Shown in pieces: positions 1 to 12,143 of a stretch of DNA of 64,000 nucleotides (position 1 is its first letter; each line of letters begins with the position of its first letter). The notes under the pieces were generated by a model. It ran no database searches, had not been told where the DNA came from, and worked only from the letters and a program-made list of their open reading frames with translations. The translations under genes were made by a program, and so were the position numbers. The stretch spans positions 9,698,088-9,762,087 of the forward strand of contig CM082590.2 of assembly GCA_040954595.2 (NCBI GenBank), read 5' to 3'. The stretch is from Balanoglossus misakiensis. Its lineage: Eukaryota > Animalia > Hemichordata.

Positions 1-980
1 GTGATGTCTAGGATGTGACCCCTCAGCAACCGAAATGGTTGTTATCATTAGTATGAATTCACCTGTATTCTTATGAATGTTTTCAAGAGATTAACTTTGT
101 CTGTACCCTAGAAATATAACTTGTATGCCTTAGGGATGAATAATACTGGTGAATTATACTATCTGGCAATTGTATTTCATATTGCACTGGCATAAACTGG
201 TTTTCACCAAACTAGGGGATAAATATTTAATATGCTAATTCATTCAACTGGGTCTGTTACTCTTTGCTACTTTGTTCATTCTGTTGCAAACTGATTGGTC
301 AGATGTAGCAAACTTTTCTCAAAGTCTCCCTAGGTTGGGAAAAATAAAACCTGGGAATCGAATCCCTAGGGAGTCTCATCAATTGATGTGCGGAAAGTTA
401 ATTGCTGTATTCAAGAAAAACTTCCTGATGTTTGAAGATTTGGATCAAATTTCATCAAAAAAACAGAAATTATTGATTTCTCTGAAACCTGATTCCCTGT
501 GCCCTCTTTTCACAAGATGATCAGCAGTTGTCTCCTGGCCATTAAAATATTCAGTTTCAGATTTCGAACAATCTGAGTCCAGCGAGTCTTGTGTGATTGA
601 TGATGTATTAGAGCAGGGATTTGTACATCTGCTTTTGCAGGTGATTTTTGAACAGGCAATCCCGAGAATTTTGTGAAAATAGTTGTCAGAATTTGTCACT
701 GTCTACAAAACGCAGCAGTGTATATATGTTGACAGACTGAAGAGGTAATTTATCATCCTCACAAGAATAGTTTTTTTGCCAAAAAATGAAAGAAATATTG
801 AATACATTATCAGGTTACAGCTACTGCATATTTATATAATTCCTCAAGAAATGTTAGATGGCTGAAATGATGGTACTTGTATTTATAAAACTTACCATAA
901 ATATTTCATTATCAATGAGTATATGTGTTGGTTTTTAAAGAAGGTGCCAATACCAGTTCCATAAATCTGATTTGAAAATT

Positions 981-1001
981 TCATTCACTCACTCACTCAC
1001 T
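981..1001. repeat. (TCAC)n microsatellite
   Basis: TCATTCACTCACTCACTCACT. Confidence 0.8.
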
Positions 1002-3590
1002 ATCGGTTGCTTGGTACGAAAGTGACCTCTGAACCCATTTACTCGTGTCAGAACACTGCTTTCTGTTCTTTCATGGTCTCTTTAGAGTTTGAAATGTTTT
1101 TTCCTGTAGTCTGTAAACTGAGAAGGTGTTAACGATAAAGTTACCAGAGTGTGGAAACAGAACCACCTTGTGTTTACAGGTGATGACGTGGAAACTGTTA
1201 TTTTTACGCTTAAAATTAACGAGTGAGTGACTGGGCAACTTTGTCCCTTGAATGTACCATAGTTACTCATTCAAGTAACTGTTCTTGTAAGTTATATACG
1301 ATAAATTCCCATTTCTCTGAGATACCCTTGTATGATCATGCAGTAACTTGGCATTTCTTCAGAAACTCAAGAAATTCCACAACTGATCTAGTCTGTCTTC
1401 AATTAAATGTTTTCTGAATATTATTAATAATAATATTCTGTGTTATAATGCAACCACCATTGTTATTTCACTTTAACTGGTATTAAAATAATGTAAAGAC
1501 TACTCCATATTACCAAGTTCACCACTGAGGGCGCTCATATAGCCCGATAAAAAGATGTAGCAGGTCGTAGAACTTGTGTTTGTAAATTAAATTGAGTGAT
1601 TTAGAGCTTATACCAAGCATTACAGTATACATTGACAGCATTGAAATACTGCCATGGAAATAAACTCACCAGATTACCGACAGCAAGATGGTATATAAGA
1701 AGATTAGTTGCTAAATCTGGGTTTTTCCTAATAACATTTTTTGCATGAAATATTAATCCTGTTACAGTATTTTTCCAGACCATATTTCACAATAAAGATG
1801 TGTCGTACTTCGTGCAGATTTCTCCTTATGTTTGTTTTCAAGTTTTATGCTCTGGATAATTTAATCCTGGTAGAAATATAATCTGTGGAACAAACTCTAT
1901 GGTAACACGTTACCAGGAAAAAATTTAAATTAGTTAAACAAAAGTGAATCTCAATTTTTCATCATCGATGAAAATTCTAAAAAGGTGTCAGTGACATAGC
2001 GAGGGTATTCCGTTTTTTAGCTGTCGATAATACATGTGACCTGAAAAGCCTGCTTAGAGTGAATGTGACTGGCAAATATGGTTTCTACAAAGAAACGCAT
2101 CAAAACATTCAATATTTCTGATGAAAATTGAAAATGGACGGAACGCCTGAGATTACGCTGTGGAGCTTAACCAGTTGGAGTAGATGGGTTATTGATTGAC
2201 ATATGTCAATCAATATTACAAGCTGTCATCACCTAATGTACTAAAATCATACAACCTAGTCTAAAAAAATTATTCCCATATTCGCGCAAAAATGTTTACC
2301 AAAATGTTTAAGTTTTAGTTATCATCATATCTCATTTTAGATTAAAATGACTAAATGTCATCAAAATGATAAATTTTGTTCAGAATAAATGGGTATGTAA
2401 TATTTTACACCGATTTATTCATGAAATTCAAGTTGATGTTCGACAGTGGGTTTGAAATAAGTTCAAGCAGACTCCCTGGGGAGATAGTGACTCATTGTCA
2501 ACACTGTCTCGGTTTCAATTAAATTTCACTAAAACCACAGTAATACTGATTGAAAACTTAATCTATTGAGACGTATCTGATTAAATGATGTCATGTAAAC
2601 TGTATTTATGGAGGCAAACTACAATTAAATGTATCCGTTTTGTACGTGAGCTGTGGATGATTTTATTTTTTAATCCTAAAAGCAGTATATCGTGACATTA
2701 ACTTATAGTTTGGACCAGTTTGTGATATTCTGGAACAAAGACTATTTTTCAATGGAATTTTGGTCTTGATATTGTTTCAAGCAAGATGTTATCGATAGTT
2801 TTTTGCTTACTGAAACATGCTGAGATTATGTTTAATGGATCAACTCACTGTACATGTAAATCCTTCGATGACATAATTTCTGTAAAAATAAAACCAGATA
2901 GTCTACCAGTACAGTTGAAGGAATGATGAGCACATGACTCTGTCGGACAGGATTGAACTAAGCTAGTGATGTGATGTCGCAGATGGGAATTGGAAAGTGT
3001 TTGTTTTCACTTGATTAAAGGCATCACAATGACAGATGTGGTCTTGTTTCAAATGCATGATAGTGCACCTGTACACAGCAGCAATTTCCCAACAAAATAT
3101 TACGTTGCTATTCATGAGCACTTTAAATCACCTGTAACTTTTGGCTTCTTTTTCAGTATTTTTCTCCAATGGATCAAACTTTTCACATTAAAATTATAAG
3201 GTAAAGAACATGTAGATAGTTATCATTAAAAAATAGTTTGACTCCTCAATGACCTCTTCCAAGTTGAACGAAATAATCGGATTTATCGGAAGACTTTTCC
3301 GTTTATCCGCTTGGTTCTTCCTGGTCTCCTGACTCCCAGTTTTCATTGTCGCTGTTTTACCCTGGATTTACGAGTATTAAAATCAGGCAGGCCGGGATGA
3401 ATTATTGAAATCCTGTTAATGGTACTTACAGCGTTCTCAATCTCTCTAGAGCTGCCGCTGAATTTATTTGCCTCTGTTAAAAAATGAAATATTACAATAG
3501 TTTCAATCCTGCAGGTTTCATCTGCATGTATCAAAGTTGAATGAGTCATGCAAGGCAAGTCTGCTACTGTGTAACATCTTCGCAAACACT

Positions 3591-4139
3591 TTTGATACAA
3601 TGTTTCATATTTTGAGTAATTTGTTACAAGTTTCTCAAAGAGACAATCATATTTGATACAATGTCTCATATTTTGAGTAATTTGTTACAAGTTTCTCAAA
3701 GTGACAATCATATTTGATACAATGTCTCATATTTTGAGTAATTTGTTACAAGTTTCTCAAAGAGACAATCATTTTTGATACAATGTCTCATATTTTGAGT
3801 AATTTGTTACAAGTTTCTCAAAGTGACAATCATTTTTGATACAATGTCTCATATTTTGAGTAATTTGTTACAAGTTTCTCAAAGAGACAATAATTTTGTA
3901 TACAATGTCTCATATTTTGAGTAATTTGTTACAAGTTTCTCAAAGAGACAATCATTTTTGATACAATGTCTCATATTTTGAGTAATTTGTTACAAGTTTC
4001 TCAAAGTGACAATCATTTTTGATACAATGTCTCATATTTTGAGTAATTTGTTACAAGTTTCTCAAAGTGACAATCATTTTTGATACAATGTCTCATATTT
4101 TGAGTAATTTGTTACAAGTTTCTCAAAGACACAATCATT
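3591..4139. repeat. Minisatellite, nine near-identical copies of a ~61-bp unit
   Basis: The unit TTTGATACAATGTCTCATATTTTGAGTAATTTGTTACAAGTTTCTCAAAG(A/T)GACAATCAT(A/T) starts at about 3591, 3652, 3713, 3774, 3835, 3895, 3957, 4018 and 4079. A diverged extra copy lies at about 4183-4245. Confidence 0.97.
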
Positions 4140-6033
4140 AGAATCGTTGTATCAGTTTTACATGTAACATTTTTGCAAGCATGTTTGATACAGTGTTTCA
4201 TATTTAGGATAATTTGTTTCAATTTTCCCTAAAGAAGACAATGTTTCATAGTATTTCGCTTCAGTGTATCAATAATTATTGTTCTGTGTATCAAGTATTT
4301 TTTATTGTCTGTAATACCAGGATGTAAGGTCATAAGAGGTTTAATTTTACTCTCATATAAGCTCTTTTGTCCAGACAAATGACTTGTCTTTTCAACGTGT
4401 TTCAGTAAATGCAGTATAGTTAATACATAGAACCAAAGCATGATTAAAAGTTACAGATATGCGTACTATCCCATTTGAACACAAAATCACTGGGGAGTCA
4501 GCCAGATGTAATAAATGTTTCCAATTTATTGAGAGATTGATAGACCAATTCATAAAATATTTTCCATTTAATGGGGGTTTTGCGTAGAGGAGATACAGGT
4601 GCCTAGATTATTTGAAGGTATGAAGCCCAGAGAGTTTACCATTTCTCCCTTGTGATATGAATCAGCGTTAATTACCAATGAAACAATAAGTCATTTCTGA
4701 TCGCAATACAAGATCTGATGTACCATATTATTGCAGCGCATGTGTATACAGTACAGATCAAGCTGTTGTTTTCTCATGGTTTGAAGTCTTTCTCATAACT
4801 TTCCAATAATTTCAAGTCCACATAACATATATGTCTGTGATTTGACAGCTTCAAGCTTGGTAAAACTTAAAACACTGGTCTCGTACGCCTTTGTTAATTT
4901 AGCAAGGCTGGCCAGTAATTCTTAACAGTCTGACGTGCCTATTGTCATCGCGAAATAAAGCATAAATTGAATCCTAAATCAGAATTATATTCACAATCTC
5001 GGTGCTAATGTGGTGCGTGTTTCAAACAAGGAAATTGTAATCAGCACACAAAGCCGTCGTCAGACCCAGATGAAAAACTCATCGGCCGTGACAGCTCCAA
5101 CCCCAGGGCTAAGCTCGGGAATTACAACTAATGTAACGAATAATACGGCGAGGCCCGCTGCCCATACATCATCAAATTCATCTCAAATCTAATGTAACGT
5201 GCGTCTGATTTTAGCTTTGCCGGTTTAAAAACTATTAATGGATCTTTGGGGATTGTACGAAATTCACCACACATGATTAATACGTGCCCAGTGTTCTTTG
5301 ACATGCTCGTTGCCACTTTAATCTTATCTGATGACAAATCGGATCTCTCTAATATGACCTTTCACCTCCCAGGTCATCTTTTATCCCTGAAATTGTGTTC
5401 TATTTTCAAAACGTACTTTCTTCACTTAAGTTTTGATACACTAAAAAATAGGTGTATGTGTACCAAACCTTACGTTATACAAATCTCTGTGAAAATGGTT
5501 GGGAATGGAGTTTCGTTGTCACTTATATCATGCTGTTTATGAACTAGTCTGTCTGCTTGCAAGCAATTCTGAGAGAGAGGGTCGTGATGGCCAATTGTGA
5601 AAAAGGATGTTGTTCAGTGTTTCTTTTAATCCCAAAACTGAATGTAGAGGAAGAAATCAAACTCTGTCATCAAATTTTAATGTGTCATGAGAACAAACTC
5701 TTTTGTCATGGTTTTGGGGTATGTTGATACAGACTGGTAATTGGCTGGCTGCGTTTTCGATTAAGGAACTTACGATTTCACTTGCCGATAGGATCAGACT
5801 AGAACTTTGCATAATTTATGATTTCCTGTAATGTATTCCACGCTGCGTCCCCTCTCCAAATCTAATTCCGCCGCTAGTTCAGGTGACTCAGCGTGGCTGG
5901 GTAATCATAACACGCGTTGTGTGTGTAGTCGGCAACACGTTACTTTTGTCATTGCGTGAGAGTGAAAGTATCTGAGGTGCTCCGATCTTGTAGACGTTTC
6001 AACCACCACTGTTTGTGGCTTTGTTCGAAACAC

Positions 6034-6047
6034 ATGCAGCGTCAAAC
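6034..6047 (+). CDS. Candidate alternative first-exon coding part (MQRQ[T]), phase 2
   Basis: ATG CAG CGT CAA AC|GTAAGT. The phase 2 matches the acceptor at 8649 (AC+T = Thr, then HDLL). It is preceded by a CpG-richer island at about 5840-6000 containing TGACTCA. Confidence 0.3.
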
Positions 6048-8648
6048 GTAAGTGACAGTAACTTCACTCTCTCGTCATTAATTTCTCATCTTTGAATATA
6101 GTGCAGATCACATCTCTTTCATTACAATGTCTGAACTTTACCGTGCTACATGTGTCTGTTTGGTCTTTCACTCAAAAATTTTACCAGATTTTAAAGACTT
6201 TCATCACTTTCAACATCATTTTGCGCCAAACAAGAACAGATTTTCATACGTCTTAAAAATGTAATGCTTTCAACTCAAAACTTGTCATGTTTCTATGAGA
6301 TTTCACAAATTTTGTGCAGAATTTTAAAGAAAAACTACACATCGCGAACGTGTAGCTCAAGCTCACTACTTCTGATGTAGCTTCTAATTTCTCTCTTTCA
6401 ATATTTTGTGATGTGAAGTACACAACGTGTATTTCTGATGTTCAATTATTCCAGCCAATTGACTTCTGTCACCTCAATTTTCCTTTTCTGTAAATAGAGT
6501 CGACCATTTCCCATTGAAAACAATGCCGGATTCCTCCAACAGTAGTTCCAAGGGGTACTCAAACTACTTGACATACTGGTCTATGCTATCACAGCTAATC
6601 TTTCGCAACTGCAAATATTTCAGTTTTCTAGGTTTTCTTTACCCTCGGTATTCAAAGTGAGAATGATAATATCAGAGTTTTAGTGATAGTAAAATCAAGT
6701 GAAGGTAGTGTTAATTTTGAGGTTATTGTTTGAAATTTTAGCATTTGAAAGAACAGAACTGTATTTCAATGAAACATGTTTTTCCACTGTTATCGCTGGT
6801 GTTTGAATTCTTCAGGGATTTGGTGGTTTAAACCCCTAACATGTGAATTGCACGAGCAACATTCAACAATGAACTATTAACATTCTCTCAACATCTACCC
6901 AGATGCAAATTTTCCGGCAAAAAACTACACTTTATGTCCTTAGGCAAGCCACAAAATATTCATTATATGCATTCTTCTTCTTCAAAGAAAGAATTATTCT
7001 TGTGTCAACATTTCGTACATTCAGCTGCGCGACACTTCAAATAACATTTACATTGCAGTTTGCGATGTGGAAATTGTGCCCTGGAGGCTGTAAACTTGAT
7101 GCCGTGTTTTTCACATCTTCTGATTTCGCTATCAAAATTATTCAGACGAGGTTATCACAGCAAATGCAATGGTTTTATTTTATAAAACAGTGCTTTAGTT
7201 GGCTACAGACTATTTTGTATGTTCCTGCAAAGAAAGTTAGCGTAAATCTTTAACAAAATGTGAAAATTAAGTCTGGTCATTTCAAATTCAAGCCTCGCAC
7301 TTACTTAACATACACACATCAGAAATCCATACTGCTATATTTTGTTTGCAGTCATTCACCTTGTCTAGTGTTGACTTTTCTCTTTTTTTTCTGCCTCCAC
7401 ATTTAAACTAAGGAGAAAACTGTTCCCTCTTCTTCCTCATTGATGTACAGTACTATAACATATCACAATTATGTGGAAAAAGTAAAAAAATGTGAAGTAA
7501 TTCTTCTAGCATAATACTTATATTACTGCGATGTTAAACTCTGCATGATTTTAGTTGGTCTAGCTTTAATAGGCAGGCTTGGTAATGATTTATTGGCACG
7601 TAATTTAACGCGTCACTTGATGGCTTCATTGATTGGATCGATTGGGGAGGAGCCTCTGTCGGTAGCGTGGAGAGTTTTGGAGAGGTTTATAATCTAATTT
7701 AGTTTCTGATTCCACGACTCTGCACTGTCATTAAGGGTCCTAAACTCGGTTGTGAATCATTTCACTGCAGCGTTGTATTTTTACGAGCTGTTGTCGGTGA
7801 TTGAGAAAGTTTCGGAAAGGGTTGTATTGATTTGATTTTGTGAATGCATGATAGTGTGGAGTCTAAACTTAATTTGTGAATCGCTGATCGCGGCTGTATC
7901 ACACTGGAAGTTGTCCGTTAAAGTGGTTATTGCAGTGGATGTAAGTTGTTTTCAATTTTGATCTCATTCCTAAATGATCGCACAATCCTTTATTTGCTTC
8001 TCGGCGGGCAAACTACTTTCTTGTCTGGTCATGCTTTGAAGTTGTCATCACAAACATGCTTGTAGTTTACCAGAGGTCTGTCTTCATGGAGTTTACTTTT
8101 GAGAATGATAACATTATTCAACTTCAGTTGTTTGGCGTTTCGAGTACTTGTAACTTTGTGTATGGAGCACTGTAACATCAGATGTACGCAACGGGCAATT
8201 GATGTTTAGCAATGAAAGAATGAGTGGACATATTTATTCAAAAAATTAATGAACTCCATTCTACTTGTAACAGAGCGGGTGTTTAATGTAATTTGTCTAG
8301 AAAATTAGTCCTTGAAATAATTTGATTAGAGAGAAATAATGCAATATCATATTCCCTGTGTTATGAAGCAAGACATTACGTAAACATTGGTGCATTGTTC
8401 TTTGGCTATTTTTACAGTATCAAGTGTTTAGAGTCTATAATCCTGTTTAACTTCAATACATTAAAGGGACACAATAGTAGTGTTTTATCATTGTCTTGTA
8501 TGTACATTGTATTGTTCGCACTAAAACATGAATACTTGGCAAATGGTGACCTGCTTCTGGCCATCTGGTTTATACATGTAATTTATATAGTGTAAGTTGT
8601 CTTTTTGCTTTTATTGTGATATTAAATTTTGTTTTTGTTTACTTGCAG

Positions 8649-8938
8649 TCATGATTTATTAATGATGTGTAAACAACTGAACATGGAGGATTCTGTTCAA
8701 GAAATTATGCACCAACTGGGAGCCGATGAATCCGGGCGGATTTCTTACAACGAATTTGCCAAGTGTCGGATGCAACTGATGAATGAGATCAACTCGGCCA
8801 CTCAGCAGATCGACAACAACAACGGGAACGAAGCGGACGCCGTGGAAACCAAATGCGATTCGACGAACTCCGGGAGCAATCCGAACCTTCAAGTGCCGAA
8901 GATGATGTCTTGGCCAACCAGTAGTGACAATAGTTTGG
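8649..8938 (+). CDS. MCC: MCC (colorectal mutant cancer protein) orthologue, internal coding exon encoding the EF-hand-like region
   Basis: The translation HDLLMMCKQLNMEDSVQEIMHQLGADESGRISYNEFAKCRMQLMNEI...MMSWPTSSDNSL closely matches my recollection of the vertebrate MCC long isoform (NDLLMVCRQLNMEESVAEIMNQLGADENGKISFQDFTRCRMQL...SWPTSSDNSLG). The acceptor is a T-rich tract plus TTGCAG ending at 8648 (phase 2). The donor is G|GTAAGT at 8939 (phase 1). Confidence 0.93.
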
Positions 8939-9075
8939 GTAAGTGGAGATCAGACTTACAGAAAAATCAGTCGTTATATTATTTATTTTATCTCCAGCTT
9001 AACAGCTATAATTTATATTTGCTTCTTTGTCTGCATTTCAAATTTTAAAATTCAGTTGTTGTTTTCTTCTTACAG
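8939..9075 (+). other. MCC: 137-bp phase-1 GT-AG intron of MCC
   Basis: It starts GTAAGT and ends TTTTCTTCTTACAG. Splicing joins G+GT (Gly) and restores SDNSL-G-ACSGGVRESWEYDSG in frame. Confidence 0.92.
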
Positions 9076-9233
9076 GTGCTTGCTCTGGTGGCGTTAGAGA
9101 AAGTTGGGAGTACGACTCGGGCGCGAGAGATCTCAGCCCTGAGCCGAACACTCTACAGAAACTCATGGATGGTGCTACCACTGGGGGTGGTGCGTCTGGT
9201 CAAAGTGCAAACTTCCTAGAACTTGCGAATACA
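9076..9233 (+). CDS. MCC: MCC orthologue, next internal coding exon
   Basis: It encodes (G)ACSGGVRESWEYDSGARDLSPEPNTLQKLMDGATTGGGASGQSANFLELANT. RESWEYDSGARDL, LQKL and LELANT match MCC motifs. The exon is 158 nt (2 + 52 codons) and ends in a phase-0 donor ACA|GTAAGT at 9234. Confidence 0.93.
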
Positions 9234-9289
9234 GTAAGTTGATGTTTTGTATGTTTTTACAACTGTGCACACATTAACAAGAGTAACAG

Positions 9290-9619
9290 TATACACATAT
9301 TGACTGGCCAGGAGGGCAACAGCATACGTCTGTAACCCAAGGGGCTATGAGTTACCCCCCAGAACAGATTGTTTTCTGAAGCCGAAGGCTGAGGGAAACA
9401 GTCGGGATTTTGGGGGCTGACTCATATTCCCGAGGGGCGACAGACGTATGCTGTTGCCCGAATAGTCAGTTACTATGTGTTTTGTAACACATCTCATCCG
9501 CAGTCATGCGTAAGACCTCACGATACACAAAGTGTATGGTTAAATTTCTCGACCATCGTTTCCCACATGACTATCGATTGACGAATGAGGATGCAGACTG
9601 TGGTTGCGGTGTGTTACAA
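9290..9619. mobile_element. Palindromic (double-hairpin) non-autonomous element
   Basis: Perfect 20-bp inverted repeat GGGCAACAGCATACGTCTGT (9314-9333) / ACAGACGTATGCTGTTGCCC (9440-9459), with further paired arms around a GCCGAAGGC centre (9381-9389). A second inverted pair at 9482-9505 / 9596-9619 matches at 20 of 24 positions. Confidence 0.7.
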
Positions 9620-11835
9620 TTGGATGTTAGACTAACATAGAGGGCGCTGATGTGAAAAGTTCCACCGAATGTTGCCGCTGCAGGTAAGCGTTACAAACAA
9701 AGGGTAGGACACTTTTCACCACCGAGGGAGCTGTGCACGTCAAGACTGCTGCGTCGCCGTTGGTAACCTGCCCTCTGGAGACAGTATGCATTGTATGCGA
9801 GTGTTACACCAACACAGTGTGTGTGTGTATCAGTAAATCTATATCGAAGTCAGTACCGTGATAACCCACTATTAAAAGCTTACTAGTGATCAGATATCAG
9901 TGTCCAAGTTGCTTGATTGACAACTGAAATTAACCCCCGCGTGTAGCATATCTAAAGTTCCCACGGGTAATGATCGCGCCCGTTATGATATTTTCAGTGA
10001 AGACAAAATAGTACCGATGTTAGTTCATGTTTTCAAAGCAAACACTCCTTGTGTGGGACTGTCAGACTCCAACTGAGGGCCTATTAAAATAATGAGATGT
10101 GGTTAACCCATAGTTTTCACTAATTGACGGAACTTATAAACGGTCATAATATGAAGTAAAGTCAACCTTGATTACAAAGTCTTGTGTAGCTCTTAATTTG
10201 TCTCTAAGTACATGATGTTTACTTCTTTTAATGAAAAGTTCTTAATGTGTAGCTGTTGCTGTGATAAAAACAATGAATCTTGCCTAACTGCATCCATGGC
10301 CTTTTCAAGTATACACTATATTTAAAAATAGACTGTGGCCTTTACAAGTTCATTTAAAGATAGACTGAGGACAGTTTCCATTGGCCCTTCGTATATTTAA
10401 ACCACTACAGTGTTTTTTGGGGTGTCATCCTGTTTGCAGTTGCAGTATGGGTACATGACACAGTTACTAGCAGCCACTGTCAAGTGTTAGCACTAATAGT
10501 AATGTTGCGATAAGACAAGCATTTTAAATTCTACTGAAAATGATTCATATCGGTGTCGCGCTGTTTTACATAGATGTCAATTGTACTTCTTAAAGTTGAC
10601 TTGAGTTAGTCAGAATTCTTCACAAGGAATGAATGATGGGCATTACGATACTTTTTTCATGCTGAGCTGACAGTGGTTATCTAATATCTTGTCAAAATAT
10701 TCATAGTCAAGATAGATGACTTTCCGGCAGTGATAGACTTGTGTCGGGTCTCTGCACAATGGAGGCTTGAACTTCTGTCGTACGTCGGTGTCTTTGAAAC
10801 TAAAAGTGGTCCGATATGATTGAAAAGTTTGAATAAATTTGGTGGGGATTCCTTCTGTGAAGTGTTCAAAAAGAGAAGGAATGGTACTTTTTCTGCTTAT
10901 GGCAAAATCTGAAACGTTTAAGAATGGTTCTAACAATCGTTGTTGTCTGTTCATGTTTGTATACAGAATGTCGAAATAAACCTGAAACTTTCTAGAATTG
11001 GTGTAGGCTTCGTGAGATCTCGTACCTACAATCGAAAAATTAAATGTTGATCTTGTTCATCTCTGGAATATTTAATTGAAACTTAAAGTCGCAGACAGAC
11101 TCCCACAAGGAACTCGATTTTAATTGTTATGGAAGAACATTCGACATCATTGTCTGTCTTATTGATTGAAATCCAACAACCTTGATGATAATTCAATGAC
11201 CTTGAGAAAATTTGGTAACTTTGATAGTATTCAAGTGACTTAGTCAGAAGTCTGCTGTGGCAGACATGCTGTCAAACGGTTGTTTTACCAAGTTTGTGTT
11301 TTTATAACACCATTGTCATCAGTCGTTATTGATGGAGTTGGGTTGACAAGTTCGTCTGAAGGTTGGAGGTTGAATCAGTGGGGTTGCCATGACTGCAGAT
11401 AACCTTGCCTAAATCAGTTCACTGGTGGTTTAATCGAAAAGTGTTTTTTTCATTTAAACATGCAGCAAAAATGATTCAACATTCTTTTGTTGGATTGTAA
11501 TGTGATATTTTGATTGTCCAGGAATTTGCCTTTTAAAGAAATTATGATGTTAATTTTAGTGTCTGTCAGAGATCTGAACTCTAGATTGTCTTACAAGGGT
11601 GTGATCAATAGCCAGTTAATTCAATAAGACCTCCGTGGTTGGTTATTAAAATAATTTCTCCGTGAATTGACAGGCCGGGGCAGAGTTGGCGCTTAAGTCA
11701 TGCAAGTTAAAAATGACACACGTCATCGCTGTTTATAAAATATTCACCTAAAATAGCCGGAGAGATTTTTTGTTGTAATTAAAGTAGTTTGTGTATTGTG
11801 TTGAGTGTGTTTGGCTGCTCTGTCCTGTGTTAAAG

Positions 11836-12015
11836 ATGTCTTTGTTTAAGCGTTCAGTGTTGCAATTTGATGGCGCGGATTTTGGGATGTTTCCGGAGGT
11901 TAAGGAGAGTCGGGAAACTAAGAAGACGGGAAACCTCACTGGTTCCATGACAACTTGGAGGCACATGTTTCTGCGATCTTTGGGACAGGCACGGAGGGGT
12001 GGACGAAATGAAACA
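11836..12015 (+). CDS. Candidate alternative first exon of MCC (60 aa, MSLFKRSVLQ...GGRNET), phase 0
   Basis: aagATG start, 60 open codons and donor ACA|GTGAGT at 12016. Upstream are TATAAAA (11734-11740), CGTCA and a GC-box-like GGGGCAGAG. Confidence 0.45.
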
Positions 12016-12095
12016 GTGAGTCATTCTGTGATATGGCGATGTATCTTCATGTGTATTTCCAAAGACCCTCCCTTAAAGTTTCAGAAAAGTTGTGA

Positions 12096-12143
12096 ATTCC
12101 CTCTTCAGAGGTCCAACCTTACCAATGGGTTTGGACTGAACAT
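12096..12143 (+). mobile_element. Internal fragment of the piggyBac-type MITE family
   Basis: The core CCTCTTCAGAGGTCCAACCTTACCAATGGGTTTGGACTGAAC is present without TIRs. Confidence 0.65.

Larger units (their letters stand above)
1..8648 (+). other. MCC: Probable MCC intron upstream of the EF-hand exon (canonical first exon probably lies 5' of the window)
   Basis: No exon encoding the expected first EF-hand loop (DGDGDG-like) was seen. The sequence is non-coding with repeats and ends in a strong acceptor. Confidence 0.6.

Noticed and set aside
3591-4139. CRISPR-like regular repeat
   Set aside because: The units are contiguous and near-identical with no unique spacers. The context is a eukaryotic intron with no cas genes.
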